Below, in pieces: positions 41,524-52,109 of a DNA stretch of 64,000 bases (position 1 is the first letter of the stretch; each line of letters starts with the position of its first letter). The stretch lies in assembly GCA_963849615.1 (NCBI GenBank), contig CAWKIC010000010.1:13396-77395 (forward strand). Reading direction: 5' to 3'. The DNA is from an uncultured Bacteroidales bacterium (GTDB lineage Bacteria > Bacteroidota > Bacteroidia > Bacteroidales > VadinHA17). Position numbers and translations under genes: made by a program. Below the pieces are notes generated by a model, which did no database searches, had not been told where the DNA came from, and saw only the letters and a program-made list of their open reading frames with translations.

Positions 41524-44289
41524 ATGAAAAAGTCTATCCCCATCCTCCTTTGCCTGATGCTTTTCCAGTTTTGTGGTCAGGATGATTTTGCTCCGACTCA
41601 GCTCAAATGTGATAACCTTGAAAATCCAACCGGCACAGGAAAAAATCCTGAATTCAACTGGTTAATCTCTTCCTCTGAAAAAGGTCTTAACCAATCGGCT
41701 TATCAGATACTCCTTGATGACGATCCGCGAAATCTTATATCTGAAAACACGTGCTCATGGAATTCGGGTAAAGTAACCTCAATTTCAACCAGTTGGAATC
41801 CGTACTCCGGAAATGATTTAAAGTCTGCCACAAAATATTTTTGGAAAGTGCGGATCTGGGACGACAAAGATAAACCCTCAGAATGGAGTGAGAGCTCATC
41901 CTTTATAACCGGTTTGATTAATGTAAAAGATTGGGACGGAGCAAAATGGATAGGATATGAGGAGTTACCCGATTCCCTTATTCTTGTCCCCGGAGTACAC
42001 GGAAACGGCAACAGCCTCGGCGAAGTTGCCAAAAAAAGGACAGTCATCCCTTATTTCCGGAAAGAATTTCTTCTTGAAAAAAAGATCCTTAATGCTTATG
42101 TTTTTGTTAGCGGACTTGGTCACTATGAGCTCTACGTAAACGGGAAGAAGATGGGAAACCGCTTTCTATCACCCGGCTGGACAAATTACCGGAAAACATG
42201 TTATTATAACACTTTTGATGTTACAGAAGAGCTTAAGAAAGGTAAAAACGCGATCGGCGCTTTAGCGGGAAACGGATTTTACAACATTAACAGGGAAAGG
42301 TACAGGAAGCTTGTTATTGCCAGCGGTGCTCCTGAAATGATTTTAAAGCTTTTGGTGCGGTACACGGATGGTACAGAGAAGATAATAATAAGTGATGAAT
42401 CGTGGAAAACCTCTCCCTCCCCTGTTACTTTTACAAGTATCTATGGCGGAGAGGATTATGACGCCCGGCTTGAAGAGAATGACTGGTGCAAAACAAGTTT
42501 TGACGACACTGAATGGAAACAGGCACTCCCTGTCAGAAACCCCGGAGGGATTTTGCAGCCTGAAAAAGATTATCCGGTAATGCCGGCACAGGTTTTTGAG
42601 CCTCAGACAGTAATCACCATAAATGACACCCTCTATCTTTATGACTATGGTCAGAATGCTTCAGGGATAATCAGGCTGAAAGTAAAAGGTAAAAAAGGAC
42701 AGGAGGTTCGTCTTTTCCCCGGAGAGCTTATTGATGAAGATTCCCTTGTAGACCAGCGTGCAACAGGATCTCCATATTACTTTTCATATATTCTGGGAGG
42801 AGAAAATGAAGAGATCTGGACTCCCCGTTTTACGTATTACGGGTTCAGGTATGTTCAGGTCGGAGGGGCTGTCCCTGCCGGAAAACCCAACCCCGGTAAT
42901 TTGCCGGAGATCACGGATATGCAGTTGGTTCATACAAGGAACTCTTCTCCTGTCATTGGAAGCTTCAGATGTTCCAATGACCTCTTCAACTCAGTCTATG
43001 AGCTTATTAACTGGTCAATAAAAAGCAATCTCGCCAGCGTTGCCACTGATTGTCCGCACAGGGAAAAGCTTGGCTGGCTTGAGCAAACCCATCTTATGGG
43101 CAATTCCATAAAGTTCATTTATGACATTCACAACCTTTACGACAAGATCATAAATGATATGATTGAAGCTCAGCTTGACAACGGGCTTGTCCCTGACATT
43201 GCACCTGAATATGTTCCATTTGTTGCCGGATTCAGAGACTCACCTGAATGGGGAAGTGCGTGCATCATCCTCCCATGGGATATGTATGAATGGTATGGCG
43301 ATTTAAATGCTGTCAGAAAAGCCTATCCTATGATGAAAGGATACCTGGGTTACCTCGAAAGCATGTCCGATAATTATATCCTGTCGCATGGACTGGGGGA
43401 CTGGTATGACCTGGGTCCGGAATTCCCCGGCGAAGCCCAGTTGACCCCAAAAGCGGTTACGGCAACTTCAATATTTTTCTATGATGCCCGACTATTATCG
43501 GAGATGGCGGTTCTGATCGGTAAAGATGAAGATGCCGTTACATTTAAAAACCTGGCTAAAAATATCAGGTCAGCATTCAACAGGGAATTTTTTAATGCCG
43601 CAACCAAAGTCTATTCCACAGGAAGCCAGACTGCCTATTCAATGCCCTTGTTTTTCGGGATGGTCGACGACTCCTTAAAAAAGGAAGTGGTGTCCAATCT
43701 GGTCAAGTCAATAAATGAGAATAATAAAGCGCTCACTGCAGGAGATATCGGATACCGTTACCTTCTGAGAGTACTTGAGCAGGAAGGATATTCAGGACTT
43801 ATTTTTGAAATGAATTCCAGGACTGATGTCCCGGGCTACGGCTACCAGCTTTCGAAAGGAGCCACATCCCTTACAGAGTCCTGGGCAGGACTGAAGGAGG
43901 TTTCGAATAACCACATGATGCTTGGACATCTGATGGAATGGTTCTTCAGCGGCATCGGTGGTATCCGCCAGATGCCCGGTTCAAAAGCTTATGACCATAT
44001 TCTGATTTCTCCCGGAATAATCGGAGACCTTACCTGGGCTGAAACTTCATTTCAGTCTGTTCACGGAGAAATTTCAAGTTCCTGGCAAATAAATGATAAG
44101 AATTATACACTAACTGTAAGGATACCTGCAAATTGCACAGCAACCGTTGAATTACAGCAGACCAATCCTGAAAAGATTGAGATAAACGGAACTCCGCTGA
44201 AATCATCCGGATCTGTCAGATATAATGTCGGAACCAAAACTCTATGTGTGGTTCAATCGGGAGAATATATTTTCAAAATTTTCCGTTAA
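41524..44289 (+). CDS. GH78-family alpha-L-rhamnosidase
   Basis: The gene is intact. Blocks include YQILLDDD.., FWKVRIWD, GLGHYELYVNGKKMGNRFLSPGWTNY, and a six-hairpin catalytic region. I prefer the start at MKKSIPILL (signal peptide) over the ORF-track start at 41473. Confidence 0.85.
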   Translation: MKKSIPILLCLMLFQFCGQDDFAPTQLKCDNLENPTGTGKNPEFNWLISSSEKGLNQSAYQILLDDDPRNLISENTCSWNSGKVTSISTSWNPYSGNDLKSATKYFWKVRIWDDKDKPSEWSESSSFITGLINVKDWDGAKWIGYEELPDSLILVPGVHGNGNSLGEVAKKRTVIPYFRKEFLLEKKILNAYVFVSGLGHYELYVNGKKMGNRFLSPGWTNYRKTCYYNTFDVTEELKKGKNAIGALAGNGFYNINRERYRKLVIASGAPEMILKLLVRYTDGTEKIIISDESWKTSPSPVTFTSIYGGEDYDARLEENDWCKTSFDDTEWKQALPVRNPGGILQPEKDYPVMPAQVFEPQTVITINDTLYLYDYGQNASGIIRLKVKGKKGQEVRLFPGELIDEDSLVDQRATGSPYYFSYILGGENEEIWTPRFTYYGFRYVQVGGAVPAGKPNPGNLPEITDMQLVHTRNSSPVIGSFRCSNDLFNSVYELINWSIKSNLASVATDCPHREKLGWLEQTHLMGNSIKFIYDIHNLYDKIINDMIEAQLDNGLVPDIAPEYVPFVAGFRDSPEWGSACIILPWDMYEWYGDLNAVRKAYPMMKGYLGYLESMSDNYILSHGLGDWYDLGPEFPGEAQLTPKAVTATSIFFYDARLLSEMAVLIGKDEDAVTFKNLAKNIRSAFNREFFNAATKVYSTGSQTAYSMPLFFGMVDDSLKKEVVSNLVKSINENNKALTAGDIGYRYLLRVLEQEGYSGLIFEMNSRTDVPGYGYQLSKGATSLTESWAGLKEVSNNHMMLGHLMEWFFSGIGGIRQMPGSKAYDHILISPGIIGDLTWAETSFQSVHGEISSSWQINDKNYTLTVRIPANCTATVELQQTNPEKIEINGTPLKSSGSVRYNVGTKTLCVVQSGEYIFKIFR

Positions 44290-44305
44290 AATCAGAAGAA
44301 GAGCC

Positions 44306-44710
44306 ATGATGAAAGCCATTTTACTGGTTCTTGCGATCTTTCTGGTTCCGGATATTGTATCTTCACAAAACACCCTTGACATTGAGATAACCAATCTACG
44401 GAATGATAAAGGACTAATAATGTTGCAGTTATTCAATGAAACCGAGGTCGTTATCCGGCAAGAAAAGGGAATCATTAAAGAGAAAAAATGCAGTATCATA
44501 TTTGAGAATCTTAGTCCGGGGAAATATGCCATCCGTTTTTTCCATGATGAAAATGTGAACGGTATACTTGAAAAAAATAAAATGGGAATCCCAACCGAGG
44601 GATACGGATTTTCAAACAATGCCTATGGGATGTTTGGACCTAAGCCTTTTAAGGATTGGCTTTTTGAATTTAAGGAAGACGAAAGACTGGCACTTAAGAC
44701 CAGATATTGA
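44306..44710 (+). CDS. DUF2141 domain-containing secreted protein
   Basis: Signal peptide, then NLRNDKGLIMLQLFN..YAIRFFHDEN.NG.L..N..GIP.EGYGFSNN is typical of DUF2141. Confidence 0.75.
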   Translation: MMKAILLVLAIFLVPDIVSSQNTLDIEITNLRNDKGLIMLQLFNETEVVIRQEKGIIKEKKCSIIFENLSPGKYAIRFFHDENVNGILEKNKMGIPTEGYGFSNNAYGMFGPKPFKDWLFEFKEDERLALKTRY

Positions 44711-44863
44711 TAATTTAATGATCGGATGCATCAGGGCGGCAAAATAAACAAAATCAATTTAAAAGTTAATCCAGTCTATTATTATGAGATTGATCTAACT
44801 ATATTTACGTACTGATAAATTCTTTCGGGTGATTAATATTGAAACGGTTGAAGCAAAGATCTC

Positions 44864-45289
44864 ATGAATAATATGTCAAACCTTAAAGAGGCAATAATTT
44901 ATCTTTCCGACCTGATAGAGAAAATACTTGAGGAGACCATTGACCAGGCTGATTTCAGCGACCTGACCCAGCAGCAATTGCATTATCTGAAGATTATAGT
45001 TAAACTGAAGAATCCGACTCTTACAGAGCTTGCCGGGGAAGTCGGCCTGACCAAACCCACTGTAACGGTGCTTGTCGACAAGCTGACAGAAAAGGGTTAT
45101 GTGAAAAGGGTTCATTCGGATGAGGACCGAAGAGTTATGCATCTGCATATTGACAAAAAAGGTGCTAAAATAAATGCTCTCCGTGAAATTGCACATGAAC
45201 GTCTGGCAGAAAAGATCCGGTCAGGTCTGAACGAGACAGAAACTGCTATTCTGACTGAGTTGCTTAAGAAAATTGTAAGACACTCCTGA
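44864..45289 (+). CDS. MarR-family transcriptional regulator
   Basis: 141 aa with the winged HTH LTELAGEVGLTKPTVTVLVDKLTEKGYVKRVHSDEDRRV. Confidence 0.85.
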   Translation: MNNMSNLKEAIIYLSDLIEKILEETIDQADFSDLTQQQLHYLKIIVKLKNPTLTELAGEVGLTKPTVTVLVDKLTEKGYVKRVHSDEDRRVMHLHIDKKGAKINALREIAHERLAEKIRSGLNETETAILTELLKKIVRHS

Positions 45290-45417
45290 AGATCTTTCAG
45301 CAATTTCCAACAAGGCTGCCGGCGAAACAAAAGAAAAACTATTTTTGCTCTTAAAACTCCCGTTCAATCGTGGTTTTTATTTGTCTATAGGGAAATTTAA
45401 GCTGAGAGTGATCGCAT

Positions 45418-46910
45418 ATGACTGAACCCATGAAAGTAGTAATCATAGGAGCCGGTATCGGAGGAATAACCACTGCAGTTTACCTTGCTAAAAACGGATA
45501 TTCTGTTAATGTATATGAAAAGAATTCTGAGCCTGGTGGCCGGTGCAGCCGGCTGATCCGGAACGGGCACAGGTTTGACCTGGGTGCAACAATGCTCCTG
45601 ATGCCCGGAATATATCAGGAGGTTTTTAGCTCTCTTGGCATCAGCCTTGAGCCAAACCGCGATATAATCTCTCTTGAAAACCTTTATAAAATATATTTCG
45701 ATGATGGCAGCAGCCTGGCATTTACTTCCGATAAAGATAAAATGGCAATGCAGCTTGAAAGGATCGAGACCGGGAGTTCTGAGAAATCCCGGGACTATGT
45801 CAGAAAAGGTTACACGATTTTCAAACTGGCCATGGACAGACTTATCGGCAGGAATTTTTATAATATCTTCCAGATGATAAATCTGAAGAACATTCCTCTG
45901 TTGTTTAAAATCAAGGCCTTTACACCCCATTTTAAATATGCCACGAGGTTTTTTAAGCACCCTCACCTTCTTATGGCGTACACCTTCCAGAATATTTACG
46001 TTGGACAAAGTCCGTTCAACTCTCCGGCATTGTTCTCGATGGTGCCTGCGGCAGAATTGACTGAAGGTTCATATTTCCCTGCCTCGGGGGTATGTTCTGC
46101 ATTGTTGAAAAACTGATTAAAGCAGCTGTTGAGAATGGCGTTAAGTTCTACTATGACAGTCCGGTAAAAAAGATAGTGGTAAAAGGAAAAAGAACAGAAG
46201 GAATTATCCTTGGCAACAATACTGAAATAAGTGCAGATCTGTTGATCGCGAATGCTGATCTCCCCTATGTTTACCGTGAATTGCTGCCCGGCAGACGGGC
46301 CTCATCACGTCTTGAAAAACTTAAATATTCCTGTTCTGCAATTTGTTTTCACTGGGGCCTTGATAAAATTTACCCCCAGCTAGGTAACCATAGTGTCATC
46401 TTATCCGACGGTTTCAAGGCCGGTCTGGACAGAATTTTCAGGGAAAAGTCTGTAAGCGACACCCCGAGTTTTTATGTGCATGCTCCGGCAAGAACGGATC
46501 CCACCTCAGCACCTCCGGGTCATGACACTCTTTCCGTAGTTGTTGCAGCCGGCCATCTCGACAGGAAATTCAGGCAGGATTGGGAGGGAACGAGGGCAAG
46601 AACCAGGGTATCAGTTATAAAGCGGCTCAGGGAGCTTGGCCTCGAAGACTTTGATGATCATATTAAGTTCGAGATCTGCTATTCGCCTGAAGACTGGGAG
46701 AAAGCATGCAATATTTCAAGAGGTTCCGTCTTCGGTAGCCTTGCCCATAATATTTTTCAGATGGGTTATTTTCGTCCGCATAACAGGCATAATAAATACA
46801 AAAACCTTTATTTTGTAGGTGGAAGCACTCATCCCGGGAACGGAATTCCAAATGTCCTGATCTCCGCAAAGCTGGTATCCGAAAGGATATTGAAAGAAAA
46901 CAAGATTTAA
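45418..46910 (+). CDS. crtI: phytoene desaturase (one frame disruption near 46085)
   Basis: VVIIGAGIGGITTA..YEKN.EPGGR is followed by ..GGM..IVEKL.. in the next frame. The C-terminus has FVGGSTHPGNGIP. Confidence 0.8.
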
Positions 46911-46928
46911 TTATAACCTGACTTTTAA

Positions 46929-47843
46929 GTGTTAATAAACTCACAAAGGGAACAATTCATTAAGATATTCAACTCGATTGATTTCAATAAGATAATCGAT
47001 CATCCCAATATTCTCATTGCTGCCAATTTCTGGGAAGAGGACAGGTATTGTGCTGCCAGGACATGCTATAATTTCATGAGGACAATTGACGATATGATTG
47101 ATAATCATAAAGCCAACAAGAGGTTTATAGCATCAGAGGAAAGAGCTGGATTGGTCAGGGATGTCAACGACTGGCTTAAAATGATTATCGTAACCAACAA
47201 TTGCGGGCCGGAACATTCAGATATTGTCAAAATCATTCAAAAATTCAGGATCCCTGTCTGGCCAATTGAAGAATTTGCAAAATCGATGATCTACGACATC
47301 AATAATGAAGGATTTCCGACTCTTGAAGCATTTCTTAAATATTCCAGAGGCGCTTCGGTAGCACCGGCTTCAATTTTTGTACACCTGAGCGGTTTGACAA
47401 GAAAAAACGGTGACTATATTGAACCTTCATTTGATGTACGGGAAGCTGCCGTCCCATGTGCGATTTTCAGTTACCTTGTCCATATAATCCGTGATTTTCA
47501 GAAGGATCAGTTCAATAACCTGAACTATTTCGCTGATGACCTGGCAACAAAATACGGCCTGACGAGAAGGGATTTAAGCGACATCGCTCATGGAAGCCCT
47601 GTAACTGCCGGCTTTCGTTCAATGATAAAGGAATACTATGATCTTGCCGATGAATACCGGATCAAAACCCGTGACATAATTGGTAAGATAAGGCCGTTGA
47701 TGGATCCGCGATACCAGTTGAGCCTTGAGATCATTTTTGATCTTTATCTTCTGGTCTTCGAAAGAATTAATGTCGAAAAGGGCAGCTTTACGTCCTTCGA
47801 GCTTAACCCGCGGCCTGAAGAAACACGTGAAAGAGTATTATGA
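46929..47843 (+). CDS. crtB: phytoene/squalene synthase-family protein
   Basis: 304 aa with a GTG start. Asp-rich motifs are MRTIDDMID and an IIRDFQKD region. It lies immediately downstream of crtI. Confidence 0.75.
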   Translation: MLINSQREQFIKIFNSIDFNKIIDHPNILIAANFWEEDRYCAARTCYNFMRTIDDMIDNHKANKRFIASEERAGLVRDVNDWLKMIIVTNNCGPEHSDIVKIIQKFRIPVWPIEEFAKSMIYDINNEGFPTLEAFLKYSRGASVAPASIFVHLSGLTRKNGDYIEPSFDVREAAVPCAIFSYLVHIIRDFQKDQFNNLNYFADDLATKYGLTRRDLSDIAHGSPVTAGFRSMIKEYYDLADEYRIKTRDIIGKIRPLMDPRYQLSLEIIFDLYLLVFERINVEKGSFTSFELNPRPEETRERVL

Positions 47844-47953
47844 AACTATTCTTAAATTCCCCTTTTAAATGAGGCCGACCTTAGTATTCTCTGCCCTGAA
47901 AAGCATTCCGGAAGTCATATTGAAAGTTCCTAAACCAAATATCTATCAACAAA

Positions 47954-48650
47954 ATGATTAACAAATTAAGTCTGATACTATTCTTATCCACTTTTTCAGC
48001 AATTTCGTTTGCCCAGATGGCAGGCACGGAAAATACCGATAAAAATATCTCCTTCACAAGCCTTAAAAACACTGATATCGGGAAGCTGACTAAAACCGGA
48101 TCATCGAGGATTAATAACAATGAGCTGGAGATCGTTGCCGGGGGCTCCGACATCTGGGGAAAACATGATGAGTTTCATTTCAGTTACAAAAAATTAAAGG
48201 GTGATTTTGAAATGAGTGTTCAGATAATGAGCCTCAGCAAAGCCCATTTGTACACAAAAGCCGGGATCATGGCACGAACCGGCCTGAGCGATAGCAGTCA
48301 GCATGTTTTTTTCCAGGTTTTTCCGGACAATAGTCCGCGGAATAATAACAACGGGGGTTGTGAATTCCAATATCGGAACAGTGCCAGGAGCTGAAATGAA
48401 GGCGATCTACCCTGACCTGAAAACGGCAGGTAACAGGTTTGATGTTGATTTCCCCAATACATGGATCCGGCTTAAGCGCCAGGGAGATGTTTTTGAATCA
48501 TACATTAGCAATGATAATAAAGCCTGGAGCCTCTATTCTTCATTTACCCTTATAATGCCACAAAAATTGCTTGTTGGACTGGCAGTCACGGCACACAATT
48601 CAAACGACCAAACAAAATCAGAGTTTGGAGCGATCCGGTTGAAAAAGTAG
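47954..48650 (+). CDS. secreted ConA-like lectin/glucanase-fold protein (DUF1349-like) (one frame disruption near 48380)
   Basis: There is a signal peptide. GGSDIWGKHDEFHFSYKKLKGDF..KAGIMAR pattern is present. The C-terminal half continues in ORF 48303-48650. Confidence 0.5.
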
Positions 48651-48909
48651 TGGCTTCAGTTCCTTTCCGGGGTCTTCCATATCTTCAAAGTATCTTTTAA
48701 TCCCGGCTCCGGCATTAAAATGATCAGATTCCCCGAGTGATTTAAATGCCAGTTATCCTGCAATTATAGAAACTCTGTTGATATAAGGCGGAATATAAAC
48801 CTGGAAGTTTTAGTAAATTGAAATATCAATTACTTCGGCCCGTTTTAAAAATGTGGCATAAGTTTTGTCATTGATTGGTTGTAACAATGTTCTTCTAATA
48901 ACAAACGTC

Positions 48910-50395
48910 ATGAAAAAGTTCTTAATCACCTCGATTCTCGCAACACTGGTTGCAGCCGGGACCACAATTATGGCTCAGGAGTATCCGGATGAATATCTGG
49001 GTTTGCCTGGAGATAACCTTAACCTTTACGCCGTAATGAAGTTGTTCCAGGAATCAGAAACCATCGAAGGTTTTGAAAGAAGCCTGAACGATGAAAATTC
49101 ACGGATAAACAACCTCGATCTTAACGGCGACAATTACATTGATTACCTCAAGGTAATCGATTACGTCGATGGCGATGTCCATACCATAGTTCTGCAGGCA
49201 GTCCTTGACCGGAACGAAACCCAGGATGCTGCTGTCTTTACAGTCCAGCGGTTACGCGACGGATCAGTACAGATACAGCTCACAGGTGATGAGGCTTTGT
49301 ACGGCAGAAATTACATCATCGAACCTATATTGACCAGACGCCGAATCCCGGCTACCTCGGAAGGCAAAACGCAAACGTTGTCAGGACCACAACAATTCAA
49401 ATTGCGTCCTGGCCGCTGGTACGATACATTTATATGCCTGAATCTACGACGTATGGCGCTCGTCGTGGTACTGGGGGCTACTACCCGTCATATCTGGCAC
49501 CCCGGCGTCCATTCTACTGGCATTACTACTACGGTTATCACTATCACTGGTATCCGAGATGACAGTCATTACCGTCACTGGGACAACGACCGGTATTTAC
49601 GCTGGAACGATTTTTACTACAACGGCACAAAAGTTATTCAACAACGTCAGCATAAGGATTAACTCAGGTAATTACAGGACAACCTATTCACATCCTGAGT
49701 ACCGGAGGGATGGGGAAGCCCTCTATACGAAGGTACATCCTGACAGGGGCACCAGGTCATCAACAGTATCCTCAGGAAATGATAACGGCAGGAGATCCGC
49801 TACACAGTCAACGACCTCCGGACGGTCAACAGGAACCTCAGCCGGATCAAGGAGATCAACTTCCTCCGTAACGAACAGATCCGATGGGGCCAGGTCATCA
49901 GCCCAGTCTTCAGGAACTTCAAGAAGGTCGACCTCCACGGTTACCAACAGATCTGAATCCACGACATCCGGCGGTAGAACCACTGTCCGTCAGTCTTCCT
50001 CAACCGGGAATGACAGGGCAAGGACAAACACCCCTGCCGGACAAAGTACAAGTTCCACCAGAAGGTCGTCTTCTACTGCCTCTTCATCCGGCCAGAGCAC
50101 CAGCCCGAGCCGTCAGTCGTCTACTACAGTGAATGCTAGCGCAAGGACTAATTCCTCTGCCGGTCAGGTTGCCAGTTCTTCAAGGAGGTCATCTTCCTCC
50201 GGTTCAGAACAGTCAGTTTCAAGACCTGCCCCGAGTCAAAGGACTGAAAGTGCAAGATCATCAAAACCCTCAAGCTCCAGCGCGGGTACATCAGCACGCA
50301 GGAGCAGCAGCGGCAGCAGCAAGTCCTCAGGCGCTTCCAAGTCGACCAGCAAGTCTAAAGATTCAGAAGGCAAAAGCACTTCCCGCCGGAAATAA
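48910..50395 (+). pseudogene. secreted protein with Ser/Thr/Arg-rich low-complexity tail (at least 3 frame disruptions between 49320 and 49560)
   Basis: A signal peptide (MKKFLITSILATLVAAG) and a globular N-terminal domain are followed by a Y/W/H-rich segment in shifting frames. The last ~230 aa are an S/T/R-rich tail. Confidence 0.55.
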
Positions 50396-50419
50396 ATTCC
50401 GGGTTTTACTCGTAGTTCA

Positions 50420-50450
50420 GCCCTCCGCCAAAAAGCGGAGGGCTTTTTTA
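50420..50450 (+). terminator. rho-independent terminator
   Basis: The hairpin gccctccgc-caaaaa-gcggagggc is followed by a T-run, 25 nt after the 50395 stop. Confidence 0.8.
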
Positions 50451-50460
50451 TTTTAAAAAG

Positions 50461-50630
50461 GGGTTGTTGAAAAAGTTGATTTTTTGGACTTTTTCCCTTT
50501 GCGTTCCTTAGTGTCATACTTTGCGATCCTTTGTGGTATTAAATTATGTTTAACCACAAAGTACTAAAACCTGCCTGCCGGCAGGCAGGGGTTATCACGA
50601 AGGTTCACAAAGGACTTTTTCAACAGCCCC
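50461..50630. mobile_element. MITE-like palindromic element, copy B (~170 bp)
   Basis: It is colinear with 34989-35156, with only scattered substitutions (e.g. ctttgcg vs ctttgtg). The terminal inverted repeats are the same. Confidence 0.75.
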
Positions 50631-50708
50631 TTATCAGATGGTTAAGTGAATAATTCGAAAATAGCGAACACCGTGCAAATTCACATCTGTGAGTCCGTGG
50701 GTTTGAAT

Positions 50709-51905
50709 TTAAAATGCAGTTATCACCCCCACATTCACTTTGCCATACGATGTCCCGGTAAACTGCTGTGTATATTCCCCGACCACCCTCATATTGCGCC
50801 TGAGAAGGTATCCTGCGTGCAGGGTTGCCGAAGAGTAATCGAGGGGATCATAATGGGATTCCACCCAGTTAAAAAGGCCTGTAAGATACCATTTGCTCAT
50901 ATCACCTTTTGGTGCATAGATGATTTCTGCAAAAGCCCCGGAAGTCACCACATCTTTTTCAACCTGGTAAGGAAATCCCAAAAGGATCACATCTGAATCA
51001 GTCCTTCTTACATACTGTGCATTAATAATGAATTTTTCATTAAAGTCGATTGTAAGATCCGGTCCGAACATTTTTATCTCGCTAACAAGCAAAACCAGGG
51101 GGTCACGAACAACCTCCTTCCCAGTATACCCGAACACCCCTATGGAAAGGTATTTACCGATTGACTGGTTAATCCTGAGCATGAAGTTTTTATACTTGTC
51201 CTTATCGAACAGGAACCCTTCCCCGGCCTCACCGATGCCGTTTCCGTTCAATATTTCTCCGACCAGTGTAGTACCAGTTTTGAAACTCCTGTCAAAGATA
51301 ATGCCCCTGTCATATTTCAGGTCAGCGCTTGATGAGCCTGGTCTGGACTCGTATATCCTGTAAGGTTCAAGAGTATACCGCAACTCTCCCTTGAATAAAG
51401 GATCAGATACCTGGAACTGTCCGGCAAACAGGTTAATCCCCGATCCGAGAAAATCGTGGTACATGACAAAAGCATCTTCCAGCCCGGCGACTGATCCTCT
51501 TTCATTGAAAAGAAAATAAAAATAATATGATAATTTGTCCGAGAGCTCACCCCCTGAAAGTATCTTCACAACAAACGGGGCGGCAAAATCTGTCGTTCCT
51601 TCATTACCGAAATTATAAGAAGCAAAACCATCCATCCTGATTGCAAGCGGAAGTTCCCTGAAAAGGGAAAGTTTGTCGTCGCCTGTCTGGATAAAATATC
51701 TTGGTGATTCATATTCAGTCAGCCTGAAACCATTCCCGGCAAAAGTGTCGCCAAAGGGCTTAAGCCTTGGTATTGCCGGAGAATGGCATACCTGGCAGCT
51801 TATCTGGTATTTCCTCGCAAAGGCAGGAATCGAATATAGATTATCTGAAACCAAAATGGAAATAATTGCAAAAAAAACAATCTTCAGAGTGACTTGTCTT
51901 TTCAT
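50709..51905 (-). CDS. outer-membrane beta-barrel protein with N-terminal CxxCH heme-binding motif
   Basis: Intact 398 aa. A signal peptide ending AFA is followed by RKYQISCQVCHSPAIPRLKPFGDTF. The remainder shows an alternating amphipathic strand pattern, and the C-terminal residue is Phe (..GVITAF), as in OM barrels. Confidence 0.7.
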   Translation of the reverse strand: MKRQVTLKIVFFAIISILVSDNLYSIPAFARKYQISCQVCHSPAIPRLKPFGDTFAGNGFRLTEYESPRYFIQTGDDKLSLFRELPLAIRMDGFASYNFGNEGTTDFAAPFVVKILSGGELSDKLSYYFYFLFNERGSVAGLEDAFVMYHDFLGSGINLFAGQFQVSDPLFKGELRYTLEPYRIYESRPGSSSADLKYDRGIIFDRSFKTGTTLVGEILNGNGIGEAGEGFLFDKDKYKNFMLRINQSIGKYLSIGVFGYTGKEVVRDPLVLLVSEIKMFGPDLTIDFNEKFIINAQYVRRTDSDVILLGFPYQVEKDVVTSGAFAEIIYAPKGDMSKWYLTGLFNWVESHYDPLDYSSATLHAGYLLRRNMRVVGEYTQQFTGTSYGKVNVGVITAF

Positions 51906-51981
51906 TGTGATGTATTATGATGGTTTTTATATTCAGTCTGATCCTTTCAGGGGCTGGATAAAAGGTTTCTTTTAAAGTTCT

Positions 51982-52090
51982 TACCCTTTGATAACCTTTG
52001 TGTTAACCTTTGTGACCTTTGTGGTATAAATTTATTTTTTACCACAAAGGACTCTAAGGTTCTCACTAAGGTACACTAAGGACTTTTTGA
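51982..52090. repeat. heptamer palindrome repeat between cytochrome and barrel genes
   Basis: ccctttgataacctttgtgttaacctttgtgacctttgtggta - AT loop - taccacaaaggactctaaggttctcactaaggtacactaagg. Confidence 0.75.
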
Positions 52091-52109
52091 TCTATCATAT
52101 ACCGAAATA

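Noticed and set aside
49723-50517. Multiple overlapping ORFs on both strands (49723-49983, 49884-50132, 50133-50456, 50236-50517).
   Set aside because: They are artefacts of stop-codon depletion in the Ser/Thr/Arg low-complexity tail and the downstream repeat. Only the frame continuous with the secreted N-terminal domain is credible.
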